Origin: an uncultured delta proteobacterium
Lineage (GTDB): Bacteria > Myxococcota > Kuafuiibacteriia > Kuafuiibacteriales > Kuafuiibacteriaceae
Direction of reading: 5' to 3'
DNA length: 64,000 nt
NCBI GenBank assembly: GCA_963803435.1
Contig: CAWDML010000003.1
Span: 1,037,781 to 1,101,780 of the forward strand
Below, one piece after another: positions 1 to 9,508 of this stretch. Positions within the stretch are counted from its first letter, which is position 1, and the number at the start of each line of letters is the position of its first letter. The translations under genes were made by a program, and so were the position numbers. Below the pieces are notes generated by a model. The model made no database searches. It saw only the letters and a list, made by a program, of their open reading frames with translations, and was not told the origin of the DNA.

Positions 1-1
1 C

Positions 2-1189
2 GGCGAGCTCGCCAACGAACGGGTCTTCGCATTCACGGGAACGACGCCGCAGGGGGTCACGGTCGATCGAAACGGCAACGTCTACGTGGCGACCGCCTCC
101 GGTATCGAGGTCTACTCGCCGGAGGGGGCGCCCTGGGGCACGCTCTCGACGCCGGCGACGCCCACCGACGTGGCCTTCGGCGGGGCCGCGCTCGACACGC
201 TCTACGTGGCCACGGCCGGCGCGCTGTACGCGATCCAGGTCGCGATCCCCGGCACCGACTGGGGCCGCAGCGCCGAACCCCCGGACGCAGGCATGCCGGA
301 CGGCGGCCCGCGCCCCGACGGAGGCACGCCCGACGCGGGACCGGCCAACCCGGTCACCGGAGCCGGGAGCTATCAGTTCATCCAGGGCGGCTTTCGCTTC
401 CTCGACGGACCCGAGTGGTCGGCCGTCGATCAGCGGCTGTTCTTCTGCGACTGGGGCGCGGGCGGCGACGTGATCTATCAGTACGACGGGACCGTCACCA
501 TGTTCCGCATGCCGGGCCGGCAGTCGGCGGGGCTGGCACTCGATCCTTCGACCGGCGATCTGATCGCGGCCGAGATGGACACGCGGCGCATCACGCGCAC
601 GCCGTCCGGCGGCGCCGCCGCGTCGCTGGTGGAGCGCTATCAAGGCAATCTATTCAATGGACCCAACGACGTGGTGGTACGGAGCGACGGCACCATCTAC
701 TTCACGGATCCGCCGTACGGGCTGATGGGGCGGCCGCGCGAGCTGGGGTTCAACGGGCTGTTCCGGATCCCGACCGCCTCCACGGCTGCGGTGCTGGAGT
801 GGCAGGGCGATCAGTTCCAGGATGAGCCGAACGGCGTCGAGCTGTCGCCGGACGAGATGCGCCTCTACGTCTCCAACACCACGCGCAACGAGGTCAGCGT
901 GTTCGACGTGATGCCGGACGGCTCGCTCGCCAACCGGCGCCAGTTCGCGCAGACGCTCTCGATCCCGGACGGCATGGCGATCGACGCCGACGGCAACCTC
1001 TACGTGGCGGCGCGCGACGGGATCCAGGTGTTCCGTCCCGACGGCACGGCCTGGGGAACCATCGCGAACCCGCCGGGCGTACGCGGTACCAACCTGGTCT
1101 TCGGCGGGTCCAACCTGCGGACGGTGTTCCTGACCACGCCCACCGATCTGTACCGGTTCCAGGGCGCGGTGGCGGGATGGAGCCGATGA
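2..1189 (+). CDS. SMP-30/gluconolactonase/LRE family protein with tandem beta-propeller domains, 5'-partial
   Basis: Frame is open from the window edge (GELANERVFAF...NGNVYVAT). The end of one SMP-30 domain is followed by a PDAG/PDGG linker and a full domain with motifs FLDGPEW, FNGPND...IYFTDPPYG, PNGVELSPD and PDGMAIDADGNLYVA. Confidence 0.85.
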   Translation, partial: GELANERVFAFTGTTPQGVTVDRNGNVYVATASGIEVYSPEGAPWGTLSTPATPTDVAFGGAALDTLYVATAGALYAIQVAIPGTDWGRSAEPPDAGMPDGGPRPDGGTPDAGPANPVTGAGSYQFIQGGFRFLDGPEWSAVDQRLFFCDWGAGGDVIYQYDGTVTMFRMPGRQSAGLALDPSTGDLIAAEMDTRRITRTPSGGAAASLVERYQGNLFNGPNDVVVRSDGTIYFTDPPYGLMGRPRELGFNGLFRIPTASTAAVLEWQGDQFQDEPNGVELSPDEMRLYVSNTTRNEVSVFDVMPDGSLANRRQFAQTLSIPDGMAIDADGNLYVAARDGIQVFRPDGTAWGTIANPPGVRGTNLVFGGSNLRTVFLTTPTDLYRFQGAVAGWSR

Positions 1190-3609
1190 GGCTCGCGATC
1201 TCGAGCTGCCTCTCGTTGGCGGTGCTCGGCGGGTGCCGGCTGAATCCGGAGTGCTTCGGCACCAGCGAGTGTCCGGACGGGACGTTCTGCTTCGAGCAGG
1301 AGTGCGTGCCGGCCTCGCCGGACGGCGGGACGTACACCTGGTGGGGCGACGTCGAGCCGATCGTGCGGGACCGCTGCCAGACCTGTCACGACAACCCGAC
1401 GGCGAACGGGGCGCCGATCTCGCTGGTGACCTACGCCGACGTGACGGCGCAGGCGAGCACCGGCGTCCCAGTGCACCGGCAGATGTACGAGCGAGTGAAG
1501 TCGACGAGCACGCCCATGCCGCCGCCGCCCAACCCCGGCCTGTCGTCCTCCGAGATCGACATCTTCAAGACCTGGACGCGCGAGGGCGCGCCCGAGGGCG
1601 ATCCACCGTTCACCTGGTATCGGGACGTGCAGCCGATCGTGGCGGGCAACTGCCTCGGGTGCCACTCGGATCCGCCGCAGAACCAGGCGCCCATCCCGCT
1701 GGTGTCGTGGGAGAACACGCAGGTCACCGGGTCGACCAACGAGCCGGTGCACGTGATCATGGCCCGCCGGGTCGACGCGCAGATGAGCTTCATGCCGCCG
1801 ACCGGACGGCTCCCGATCGGGCAGATCAACGTGATCCGGGCGTGGTCGCGGATCGGCGCGCCGCGGGGCCGGACCACCGAGCTGCCGGACGGCGGGCTGC
1901 CGGACGTCGGGATGCCCCAGACGCCGAGCCCGCTCGAGGGCGTGGGGCAGCTGGATCAGATCTCGACCGGCTACGTGTTCCTCGACGGCCCGGACTGGCG
2001 CGCGCCCACCCGCGTGCTCGTGTTCGCGGACGTCACCGGCGACACGATCTATCAGCTGACGCCGCCCAGCACGGTGGTCCCGCTTCGAACGCCGAGCGGT
2101 CGCGCGGAGGGCCTGCGCTCGGACCCGGACGATCAGCTGGTGGCCGCTGAGCGCGAGAGCCGCTCGATCACGAGGACCGACGACCAGGGCACTGTCACGA
2201 CGGTGACGGACCGCTACAACGGCAACCGATTCAACTCCCCGAACGACATCGCCGTACGGCTGAGCGACGGCACCATCTACTTCACTGATCCGCCGCTCGG
2301 CCTCGACGGCCGGCCGCGCGAGATCAACTTCAACGGGCTGTTCCGGATCTCGCCGGCGGGCACCGTCACCGCCGAGTGGGAGGGCCCTGAAGGCTCCGAG
2401 CCGCACGGCCTCGATCTCTCTCCCGACGAGCGCACGCTCTATCTGTCGGACTCGCGGGACTCGGTGGTGCGGGCCTTCACGGTCAACCCGGACGGCACGC
2501 TCGCGAACGAGCGGATCTTCGTCTACACGGAGGCGTCGCCGGCAGGGATCGCACCGGACGAGAACGGCAACATCTTCGTGGCGACCGCCGCGGGCGTGCA
2601 GGTGTTCGCCGACAACGGTTGGGTGTGGGGCACGATCCCGATCCCGGAGCAGCCGACCAACCTGGCGTTCGGCGGCGACGATCGGCGCACGCTCTACGTC
2701 ACCACCGCGTCGACGCTCTACGCGATCTCGGTCCAGATCCCGGGGACGGACTGGAACCGCGCGATGCCGGACGCCGGCGCCAACCCGCTGGAGGGCGTGG
2801 GCGCGGCGGAGGCCTTCGGTCCGATGACGTACCAGTTCCTGGAGGGGCCCGACTGGGACGCGGCCAATCAAAGGCTGGTGTTCTCCGACATCAACGGGGA
2901 CACCATCTACGAGTTCAGGGCGCCCGATCAGTTCAACGCGATCCGGAACCCCAGCAACATGGCGAACGGGCTGTTCGTGGAGCCGAGCGGCTCGATCCTG
3001 ATGTGCGAGCACGGCGGGCGCCGCGTCGAGCGGCTGGGCACCGACATGGCGGTCTCGGTCGTCACGGACAACTACAACGGGATGATGTTCAACTCGCCCA
3101 ACGACATCACCGAGCGCAGCGACGGGACGATCTACTTCTCGGATCCGGACTACGGGCTCGCCGGCCGGCCGATGGAGCTCAACTTCCAGGGCGTCTTCCG
3201 TCTGACGCCCGGAGGCGTGTTGACCGTCGAGTGGCAGGGCTCGCTGACCGAGCGCCCGAACGGGCTGGTGTTCTCGCCGGACGAGCAGATCCTCTACGTC
3301 ACCGACACCGAGAATCGCCGCGTGTATCGCTTCGACGTGGGGACGGATGGGGCGCTGACCGGGATGGGGCTGTTCGTCGACGCGATGGGCGATACGCCCG
3401 ACGGGCTCGCCATCGATCGCGACGGCAACGTCTATCTGGCCTCCAGCCTCGGGATCGAGGTCTACCGCCCCGACGGGACGCACTGGGGGAACATCCCGGT
3501 GGCCGAGGCGCCGTCCAACGTGGTGTTCGGTGGCGCGGAGCGACGGACGCTCTACATCACGACGCCGCACCGGCTGTATCGCGTCGACGTGCCGATCCCG
3601 GCGCCCTGA
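1186..3609 (+). CDS. Lipoprotein with two c-type cytochrome units (CxxCH) fused to two SMP-30/gluconolactonase domains
   Basis: ATGA overlap with the upstream stop; lipobox LGGC; Cys-rich segment; CQTCH and CLGCH each followed by a distal MPP; two SMP-30 domains (FNSPND...YFTDP and FNSPND...YFSDP, PNGLVFSPD, PDGLAID). Confidence 0.85.
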   Translation: MRLAISSCLSLAVLGGCRLNPECFGTSECPDGTFCFEQECVPASPDGGTYTWWGDVEPIVRDRCQTCHDNPTANGAPISLVTYADVTAQASTGVPVHRQMYERVKSTSTPMPPPPNPGLSSSEIDIFKTWTREGAPEGDPPFTWYRDVQPIVAGNCLGCHSDPPQNQAPIPLVSWENTQVTGSTNEPVHVIMARRVDAQMSFMPPTGRLPIGQINVIRAWSRIGAPRGRTTELPDGGLPDVGMPQTPSPLEGVGQLDQISTGYVFLDGPDWRAPTRVLVFADVTGDTIYQLTPPSTVVPLRTPSGRAEGLRSDPDDQLVAAERESRSITRTDDQGTVTTVTDRYNGNRFNSPNDIAVRLSDGTIYFTDPPLGLDGRPREINFNGLFRISPAGTVTAEWEGPEGSEPHGLDLSPDERTLYLSDSRDSVVRAFTVNPDGTLANERIFVYTEASPAGIAPDENGNIFVATAAGVQVFADNGWVWGTIPIPEQPTNLAFGGDDRRTLYVTTASTLYAISVQIPGTDWNRAMPDAGANPLEGVGAAEAFGPMTYQFLEGPDWDAANQRLVFSDINGDTIYEFRAPDQFNAIRNPSNMANGLFVEPSGSILMCEHGGRRVERLGTDMAVSVVTDNYNGMMFNSPNDITERSDGTIYFSDPDYGLAGRPMELNFQGVFRLTPGGVLTVEWQGSLTERPNGLVFSPDEQILYVTDTENRRVYRFDVGTDGALTGMGLFVDAMGDTPDGLAIDRDGNVYLASSLGIEVYRPDGTHWGNIPVAEAPSNVVFGGAERRTLYITTPHRLYRVDVPIPAP

Positions 3610-3613
3610 GCGA

Positions 3614-4972
3614 TCACTTCAGGAGCGACTTCACGTCGATCGCGTCCCAGAGCGCGGCCGGGAAGCTGTTCCGCGTGACGCTGCGGCGGTGCGTGAGGGA
3701 GCGCGTCGCGTCGATGCCGAGCTTCGCGACCTTGCCGTCCGCGCCGGGACAGGAGGGATCGAGCGGCGTGCCCTGGGCACCGGCGAGGATCCGGAGATCG
3801 CGGTCGGCCTGAACGTTGAGCGCCATCGCCGAGAGGACCTGGCGGAAGTCGTGGGCGTCGACATCGTCGTCCACCACGATCACCTGCTTCGCGTAGATGT
3901 CGCCGGACAGGATGGCGTCGATGATCCGCTCGGGCTCGTCGTCGTCTTGCTTGGCGAGCGCGACGATCGCGGTCAGGGGCGCAGCCAGCACCACGCGCGT
4001 GACGTTCGGTGAGGCGCGGCGGGCGTCCTCCAGCGTCCGGTGCTCGATCCCGAGCATCGGCAGGACCAGGTGCTCCATCTGTCCGCTCACGACGTCCTGG
4101 AAGACGGCGTCGTCCCGGTGCGCGAGCAGGCTGACGGTGAGCACGGGCGACTCGGTCTTGCCGGTGCCGTAGCCGGTGAACTCGCCGAAGGGCCCCTCCT
4201 CGATCCGCTCCTCCGGGTCGACCGTGCCCTCCAGCACGAACTCAGCGAACGCCGGCACGATCAGATCGGGCTGCGAGCGGGTGGCGGTCACCGGGAGCGC
4301 GTGTCCCAGCAGGCCTCCGATGACGTCGTACTCCTCGATGTCGGGTGAGCCGGAGTAGAGCGCGCCGAGGGCCCAGGCGGGGTGCCAGCCGATGAAGGCG
4401 GCGACGGGCATGGGTACCCCGAGCGCCCGGTACTCTTCGAAGATGCGATCGAGGTGCTTCTTCTTCTCGATGAAGATCCCGGTCCGGTTCCGTCCCGCGA
4501 TCATCAGGCGGTGGAAGCTGAGGTTGATCTTCTTCGTGCCCGGATCCCGCGCCGCCACGATCGCTGCCGTGAGATACGGCGCGCCGGCGTCGTGCTCGTG
4601 ATAGACGAGCTGGGGAAGGATCGAGAGGTCGACCTCGCCGCCCGTGAACACGCGGTCGTAGGCGGGGGCCTCGCCGCTCTCCTCGGGCCGGATCGGGTGC
4701 GCGCAGCCCTCGCTCCAGCGGGCCGAGAGCCCCTTGAGCGGGACGCCCATCGCCAGCGCCAGGCGGCCCTGTGAGCCCGCCACGGAGCTCACCATGGGGA
4801 AGGCGGTGCCCGTGACCCGTTCGAAGCGGACGATCGGGGTGCGCTGGCGATCCTCCAGCTTGGCCACGATGACGGCGGTCTCGTGGCGCGGGGAGACCTC
4901 GCGTTCGATCACCAGGAGGTCGCGCGGGCGCGCTGTCTTCACTTCGTCGAGGAACGTGCGCAGGTCGCTCAC
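3614..4972 (-). CDS. UbiD family (prFMN-dependent) decarboxylase
   Basis: GTG start overlaps the ligase stop (GTGA). N-terminus SDLRTFL, NLSFHRL, EGPFGEFTGY, VIVVDDDVD, LDPS and KLGIDAT motifs. The ORF-track extension to 5518 is spurious. Confidence 0.9.
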   Translation of the reverse strand: MSDLRTFLDEVKTARPRDLLVIEREVSPRHETAVIVAKLEDRQRTPIVRFERVTGTAFPMVSSVAGSQGRLALAMGVPLKGLSARWSEGCAHPIRPEESGEAPAYDRVFTGGEVDLSILPQLVYHEHDAGAPYLTAAIVAARDPGTKKINLSFHRLMIAGRNRTGIFIEKKKHLDRIFEEYRALGVPMPVAAFIGWHPAWALGALYSGSPDIEEYDVIGGLLGHALPVTATRSQPDLIVPAFAEFVLEGTVDPEERIEEGPFGEFTGYGTGKTESPVLTVSLLAHRDDAVFQDVVSGQMEHLVLPMLGIEHRTLEDARRASPNVTRVVLAAPLTAIVALAKQDDDEPERIIDAILSGDIYAKQVIVVDDDVDAHDFRQVLSAMALNVQADRDLRILAGAQGTPLDPSCPGADGKVAKLGIDATRSLTHRRSVTRNSFPAALWDAIDVKSLLK

Positions 4973-6465
4973 AGATCCATCTTCTCTTGGACGATCTTGG
5001 TGACGGCGGGGCGATCGATCTTCCCCGAGTTGGTCTTGGGGAGGGCGTCGACCACGTGCAGGACCCGCGGGACCCGGACGAAGGACATCGACTTGAGGCA
5101 GTGATGCCGCAGCGTGGCGAGGTCGAGCGTCCGGCCGTCGCGGAGCGCGACGCATGCGACGATGCGCTCGCCGAGATCGCGATCGGGCACGCCCAGGACG
5201 CACGACTCCTTCACGTCGGGGTGGGCGTCGAGGACGTCCTCGATCTCCTTGGGGAAGATGCGCTCGCCCGACGACTTGATCATCTGGCTGCTGCGGCCCA
5301 CCAGAAAGAGGAAGCCCTCCGGATCGAAGCGCCCCAGATCGCCGGTGCGCAGCCGGCCGCGCTCGTCGATCCGGCCCGAGCTTCGCTCGTCGCCCGAGAC
5401 GTAGCCTCTCATGATGTGCGGGCCGCTGGCGACGACCTCCCCGATCTGGCCGTTCGCGACGGGCTCGCCGTCGTCGCCCACGACGTCGACCCGCGTGCCC
5501 GGGAGCGCGCGCCCGCACGAGCCTCGCTTCGCGAACACGTGATCCGGCCCGATGTACGTGATCCTCGGCGAGGCCTCGGTCTGCCCGTACGCGAGGTGGA
5601 CCCCGACGTTGGGCAGGGCCGCCCTCAGCTGATCGAGCTCATCGACCGAGAGGGCGCCGCCGGTGATCAGGACGTACTTCAGGTCCGGGAGGCTGGCGTT
5701 GGCGAACGGCTTCATCAGCTGCTTGAAGTGGTAGGGGACGCCGGAGAAGCCGCTGACGCCGTGGTGTGCGATCTCGTCCACCACCTGCTTGGGGAAGTGG
5801 AAGCCCGCCGAGAAGCAGAGCCGGCCGCCGACCAGCGCGTGCGTCAGGAGCTGCATCCGGCCGTGGATGAACGAGAGCGGCACCAGCACCAGGATGCTGT
5901 CCTCGTGCGTCAGCTTCACCCACTCGTTGGCCGCGCTGACGTTCGAGATCAGGTTCGTGTGCGAGAGCATCACCCCCTTGGGACGGCCGGTGCTCCCCGA
6001 GGTGTAGATGATGAGCGCCGGATCGTCCGGTGACACGGCCGGACGCTCGAGGCGCGGGGGGCTCGGGAGATCCGACAGCTCGCTCAGCACGCGAGCGGGC
6101 GCGTGGTGGAGGCCGTCCGGGCCCATCTTCTCGAGCAGCTTCGGCTGCGCCAGCAGCGCGCTCGGCCGGGACTCCTCGAGGATGCCGTCGATCGTGTCGC
6201 GCGCCGCCAGGTGCGGGACGTCGACCACCTGGGCACCGAGACGCTGCACGCCCCAGAAGGCGAGCAGGGCCGGCGGCTCGTTCTCCCAGAGGATGGCCAC
6301 GCGATCGCCCGGCTTCACGCCCTGGGATGCAAGGTGGCCTGCGATCCGGCCGGCCTCTTCCTCGAGCTCCGCCCAGGTGAAGCGGACCTCCTTGGGAAAG
6401 ACCGCCGCCTCCCGGTCGGGCAGCTTCTCGGCGGCGGACGCCAGCAGGTCGAGGAGGAGCATCAC
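4969..6465 (-). CDS. AMP-dependent acyl-CoA / acyl-ACP ligase (class I adenylate-forming enzyme)
   Basis: YTSGSTGRPKG, YGQTEA, TGDLG, GR...IKSSGERI and PKTNSGKIDR motifs. Confidence 0.92.
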   Translation of the reverse strand: MMLLLDLLASAAEKLPDREAAVFPKEVRFTWAELEEEAGRIAGHLASQGVKPGDRVAILWENEPPALLAFWGVQRLGAQVVDVPHLAARDTIDGILEESRPSALLAQPKLLEKMGPDGLHHAPARVLSELSDLPSPPRLERPAVSPDDPALIIYTSGSTGRPKGVMLSHTNLISNVSAANEWVKLTHEDSILVLVPLSFIHGRMQLLTHALVGGRLCFSAGFHFPKQVVDEIAHHGVSGFSGVPYHFKQLMKPFANASLPDLKYVLITGGALSVDELDQLRAALPNVGVHLAYGQTEASPRITYIGPDHVFAKRGSCGRALPGTRVDVVGDDGEPVANGQIGEVVASGPHIMRGYVSGDERSSGRIDERGRLRTGDLGRFDPEGFLFLVGRSSQMIKSSGERIFPKEIEDVLDAHPDVKESCVLGVPDRDLGERIVACVALRDGRTLDLATLRHHCLKSMSFVRVPRVLHVVDALPKTNSGKIDRPAVTKIVQEKMDL

Positions 6466-6701
6466 TTCGTGCGTTGCTTCTCGATGAACTGGGCCAGGCG
6501 CGCCACGGTCCCGAACTGGTCGGGCGTGATGTCGTCGAGCTCCACCTGGAAGCCGTAGTTGTCTTCCATCCAGACCACGAGCTCCATCACGGCGGTCGAG
6601 TCGACGATCTCCGTGAGGTCTGAGTGCTGCGTCAGGCCCTTCGCGGAGCTGGCGAGCTGGGTGCCGATGTATTGGATCAGAGCCTCCTCGATCGAGGACA
6701 T
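6462..6701 (-). CDS. Acyl carrier protein (DltC-like)
   Basis: 79 aa acidic protein with phosphopantetheine-site motif VDSTAVMELV; stop overlaps the ligase start. Confidence 0.85.
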   Translation of the reverse strand: MSSIEEALIQYIGTQLASSAKGLTQHSDLTEIVDSTAVMELVVWMEDNYGFQVELDDITPDQFGTVARLAQFIEKQRTK

Positions 6702-6713
6702 GCCGTGGTCATA

Positions 6714-8105
6714 CTAGAAGCGATACGCGACCGCTAGAGTGCTCTTGAGCTCGAGCAGACCGAGCGCAGCGTTCTCGAGATCTTGCTCGCCAGGCGGAAC
6801 GGCCCGGGTGGGACGCTCCGAAAACGCCACACGGTCGAACCCGAGGCGGCTGTCCAGCGAGAGCCCGAGGCCGGCGAAGAGCCACACGCGGACGGCGAAG
6901 CGGCCGCCGGCGGTGAAGCCGCCCCGGCTCCTCCCCGTGTCGGTCGGACGCTCCCGGTAGAGCGGGATGTAGCCGCCGTGCCCGCCCGCCTCGATCTCGA
7001 GCACGCGACCGATCGGGATTCGGAGCGACAGGGCCGCGACGACCGCGAGGGCGGTGGCTTCGGGGATGACGTCGAGCGGGTGTTCCTCGACCGAGGCGAT
7101 CGAGAGGTGGGCGCCGAGTCCGGGGATCAGCACCGGCGCGTCGGCGGCGCCGAACGCGAACGGATAGATGATCAGCGCGAACATGTCGAAGATGGTGCCG
7201 CGCGGCCGGCTCGAGCCCTCACCGGTGTCGATGGCGTAGCGGACCGGTTGCAGCCCGAGGTCGACAGCGACGCCGAGGCCGGCGTCGGGGATCACGAACT
7301 CGCCGCCGAGCTCGAACAGCGAGGTGGGCCCGAGGCGATAGGACAGCGACGAGTCGCCAATCGCCTCGGCGGTGACCTGCACCGAGCGGATCCAGCCGGA
7401 GCCGGCGCCCAGGCGGACGCGGCCGAGGGCGGTGCGCGACACCGGCGCGTCGGGCTCGGGGTCGGGCTCGGGCTCCGGCTCGGGGGCGACGATCCGCTCG
7501 AGCGGCGGCGGGGGATCGGAGGCGGCCAGCTCGACCGGCTCCGGCGGTGGTGGATCCGGCGGGGGATCATCCGCGATCTCGGGCTCGGGCTCGGGCTCGG
7601 GCTCGCGGTCGGCGATGGGGATCGGTGGCGCGTCGCTGGTCTCGGGGGCCTCGGGTGAGATGCGCGCGAGCGCCTCGGCTGCGATCGCCTCGGCCGCCGC
7701 CCCGGCTCCACCGCGCCCGTAGCGCCGGGCGAATCGCAGCGACACCACGCCCGTGTCGGCGTCGATCAGCCGGGCCTTGACCGTGAACGGCGGATCGCCG
7801 GTCACCTTGGCGAGGGAGACCAACAGGAGCCAGCGCGCCCCGGCGGTCCGGGCTGCCTTTGCAAGATAGCCTGCATTGCGCGCCTTCTTGCCGCGAAGAC
7901 GCAGCCGCCGCTTCCGGATCGCGAAGTCACCCTGCGGTATCAGGGCGACCTTGCCGGCCAGCGTGCCCTCCAGCGTGGACTGGACCTTGTCGCGGCCCAG
8001 CCGCTCCGGGCCGATGGTCTCGACCACCCAGCGGCCCGCGTCCGGAACGGCGGCCATCAAGACCACCACGGCGCTCCACACGAAACCGGCCATGAAGTCG
8101 TGCAT
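6714..8105 (-). CDS. Hypothetical exported protein with Pro/Glu-rich linker and probable C-terminal outer-membrane beta-barrel
   Basis: Hydrophobic N-terminus (start at 8105 or 8093), PEPEPE linker, alternating beta-strand pattern, C-terminal ...LAVAYRF aromatic beta-signal. Confidence 0.6.
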   Translation of the reverse strand: MHDFMAGFVWSAVVVLMAAVPDAGRWVVETIGPERLGRDKVQSTLEGTLAGKVALIPQGDFAIRKRRLRLRGKKARNAGYLAKAARTAGARWLLLVSLAKVTGDPPFTVKARLIDADTGVVSLRFARRYGRGGAGAAAEAIAAEALARISPEAPETSDAPPIPIADREPEPEPEPEIADDPPPDPPPPEPVELAASDPPPPLERIVAPEPEPEPDPEPDAPVSRTALGRVRLGAGSGWIRSVQVTAEAIGDSSLSYRLGPTSLFELGGEFVIPDAGLGVAVDLGLQPVRYAIDTGEGSSRPRGTIFDMFALIIYPFAFGAADAPVLIPGLGAHLSIASVEEHPLDVIPEATALAVVAALSLRIPIGRVLEIEAGGHGGYIPLYRERPTDTGRSRGGFTAGGRFAVRVWLFAGLGLSLDSRLGFDRVAFSERPTRAVPPGEQDLENAALGLLELKSTLAVAYRF

Positions 8106-8161
8106 TGTACGACGGAACCGCACGTCGCATCCCGCCCGGACTCTCACTACCATCCGCGGTC

Positions 8162-9508
8162 GTGCTGCGGTTCATCTGGCCGGCCGCGCTCCTGTTGGGC
8201 TGCGTGCCCGAGGGAATCCAGTATCCGAACCCCACCGACGGGGGAACGTCGCCCGACGCCGAGACGATGGTCGACGGGGACGCAGGTCCACCCGGCGACA
8301 GCGGTGGGGTCCCGGACAGCGGTCCGGCCGGCCAGCTCGTGATCCGCGCGGGCGGCGTGCCGGTCGATCCCGGCGGCACCTTCGACTTCGGCCCCCTCGG
8401 CGTGGGCGGTACGCGCACCGTGGTGTTCACGATCGACAACGGTACCGCGGCGGCGGTGACGCTGACCGGCTCGCCGCCGGTCGCGATCTCTGGGGCTGGG
8501 GCCGCCGCCTTCACGGCGACGCCGCCGTCGGCCACCTCCGTCGCCCCGGGCGCGAGCGCCGACTTCTCCATCGCCGCCGCACCGACCGCCACCGGTCCGC
8601 TCTCCGCGGCGGTCAGCGTCGCCTACGACGGCGGCGCCTACGACTTCAGTGTCTCGGTGACGGGACGCCCGCCGGGCGTCTGGGTGGGCGTCGGCAACAA
8701 CGGCCGGCGCGCGCTGTCCCTCGACGGCGCCGCCTGGTCGAACGAGCAGACGTTCGGCGGCAGCGACGACTCGAACCTGTTCCGGACCGTCGGCTTCGGC
8801 AACGGCGTGTTCGTCGCCGCTGGCGGCGGGCAGAACGGCCTCCTGTATTGGAGCGAGAACGGCGTCGACTGGACCGACGCCAGCGACACGCTGGGATGGT
8901 TCGGCGGGATCGCGTTCGGCAACGGAATGTTCCTGGCCGTGGGGTCGAATGGGCGCTATCTCACCAGCACCAACGGCAAGAGCTGGGGCGGCGGGGATCG
9001 CGACTTCGCGCAGCACTTCCGCGCCGTCGCGTTCGGCAACGGGGAGTTCGTGCTGGTGGGCGACGAGGGTCGGCGCACCAGCACCACGAACGGCGCCGAC
9101 TTCACACCGACCGTGCTGGGCGGTGATCGACTCACGGCGGTCGTCTACACCGGCGATCGATTCGTGGCGGTGGGCCTCAACGGCCGCCGCGTGGTCTCGA
9201 TGGACGGCGAGAGCTGGATGTTCGATCAGATCGCCACCGACGGGCTTGGGTTCTTCGACGTGGCCTATGGCAACGGTCGCGTCATCGCCGTCGGCGGCAT
9301 TGGCGTGGTGGTATCGGAGGACGGCGGCGAGACGTGGACGCAGGATCGCGGCGCTCCGCTCATGAACGCGTTGACCTACGGCAACGGACAGTTCGTCGGC
9401 ACGGGCGACTTCGACGGGGTTGTCTTCACCTCGGGCGACGGCGTCAGCTGGACCCGCCACGACAACGCGGGCCCCGCCGGGTTCACCAAGATCGCCTACG
9501 GTGAGTGA
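8162..9508 (+). CDS. Lipoprotein with Ig-like (choice-of-anchor D/ASH-like) domain and beta-propeller repeats
   Basis: GTG start then LRFIWPAALLLGC lipobox; FDFG...TIDNG Ig-like segment; repeated (F/Y)GNGxFVxVG...SxDGxxW units. Confidence 0.7.
   Translation: MLRFIWPAALLLGCVPEGIQYPNPTDGGTSPDAETMVDGDAGPPGDSGGVPDSGPAGQLVIRAGGVPVDPGGTFDFGPLGVGGTRTVVFTIDNGTAAAVTLTGSPPVAISGAGAAAFTATPPSATSVAPGASADFSIAAAPTATGPLSAAVSVAYDGGAYDFSVSVTGRPPGVWVGVGNNGRRALSLDGAAWSNEQTFGGSDDSNLFRTVGFGNGVFVAAGGGQNGLLYWSENGVDWTDASDTLGWFGGIAFGNGMFLAVGSNGRYLTSTNGKSWGGGDRDFAQHFRAVAFGNGEFVLVGDEGRRTSTTNGADFTPTVLGGDRLTAVVYTGDRFVAVGLNGRRVVSMDGESWMFDQIATDGLGFFDVAYGNGRVIAVGGIGVVVSEDGGETWTQDRGAPLMNALTYGNGQFVGTGDFDGVVFTSGDGVSWTRHDNAGPAGFTKIAYGE

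Noticed and set aside
7450-7610. (GGGCTC)n hexamer runs
   Set aside because: They encode PEPEPE linkers within a CDS and are unrelated to the CGGGAC arrays.
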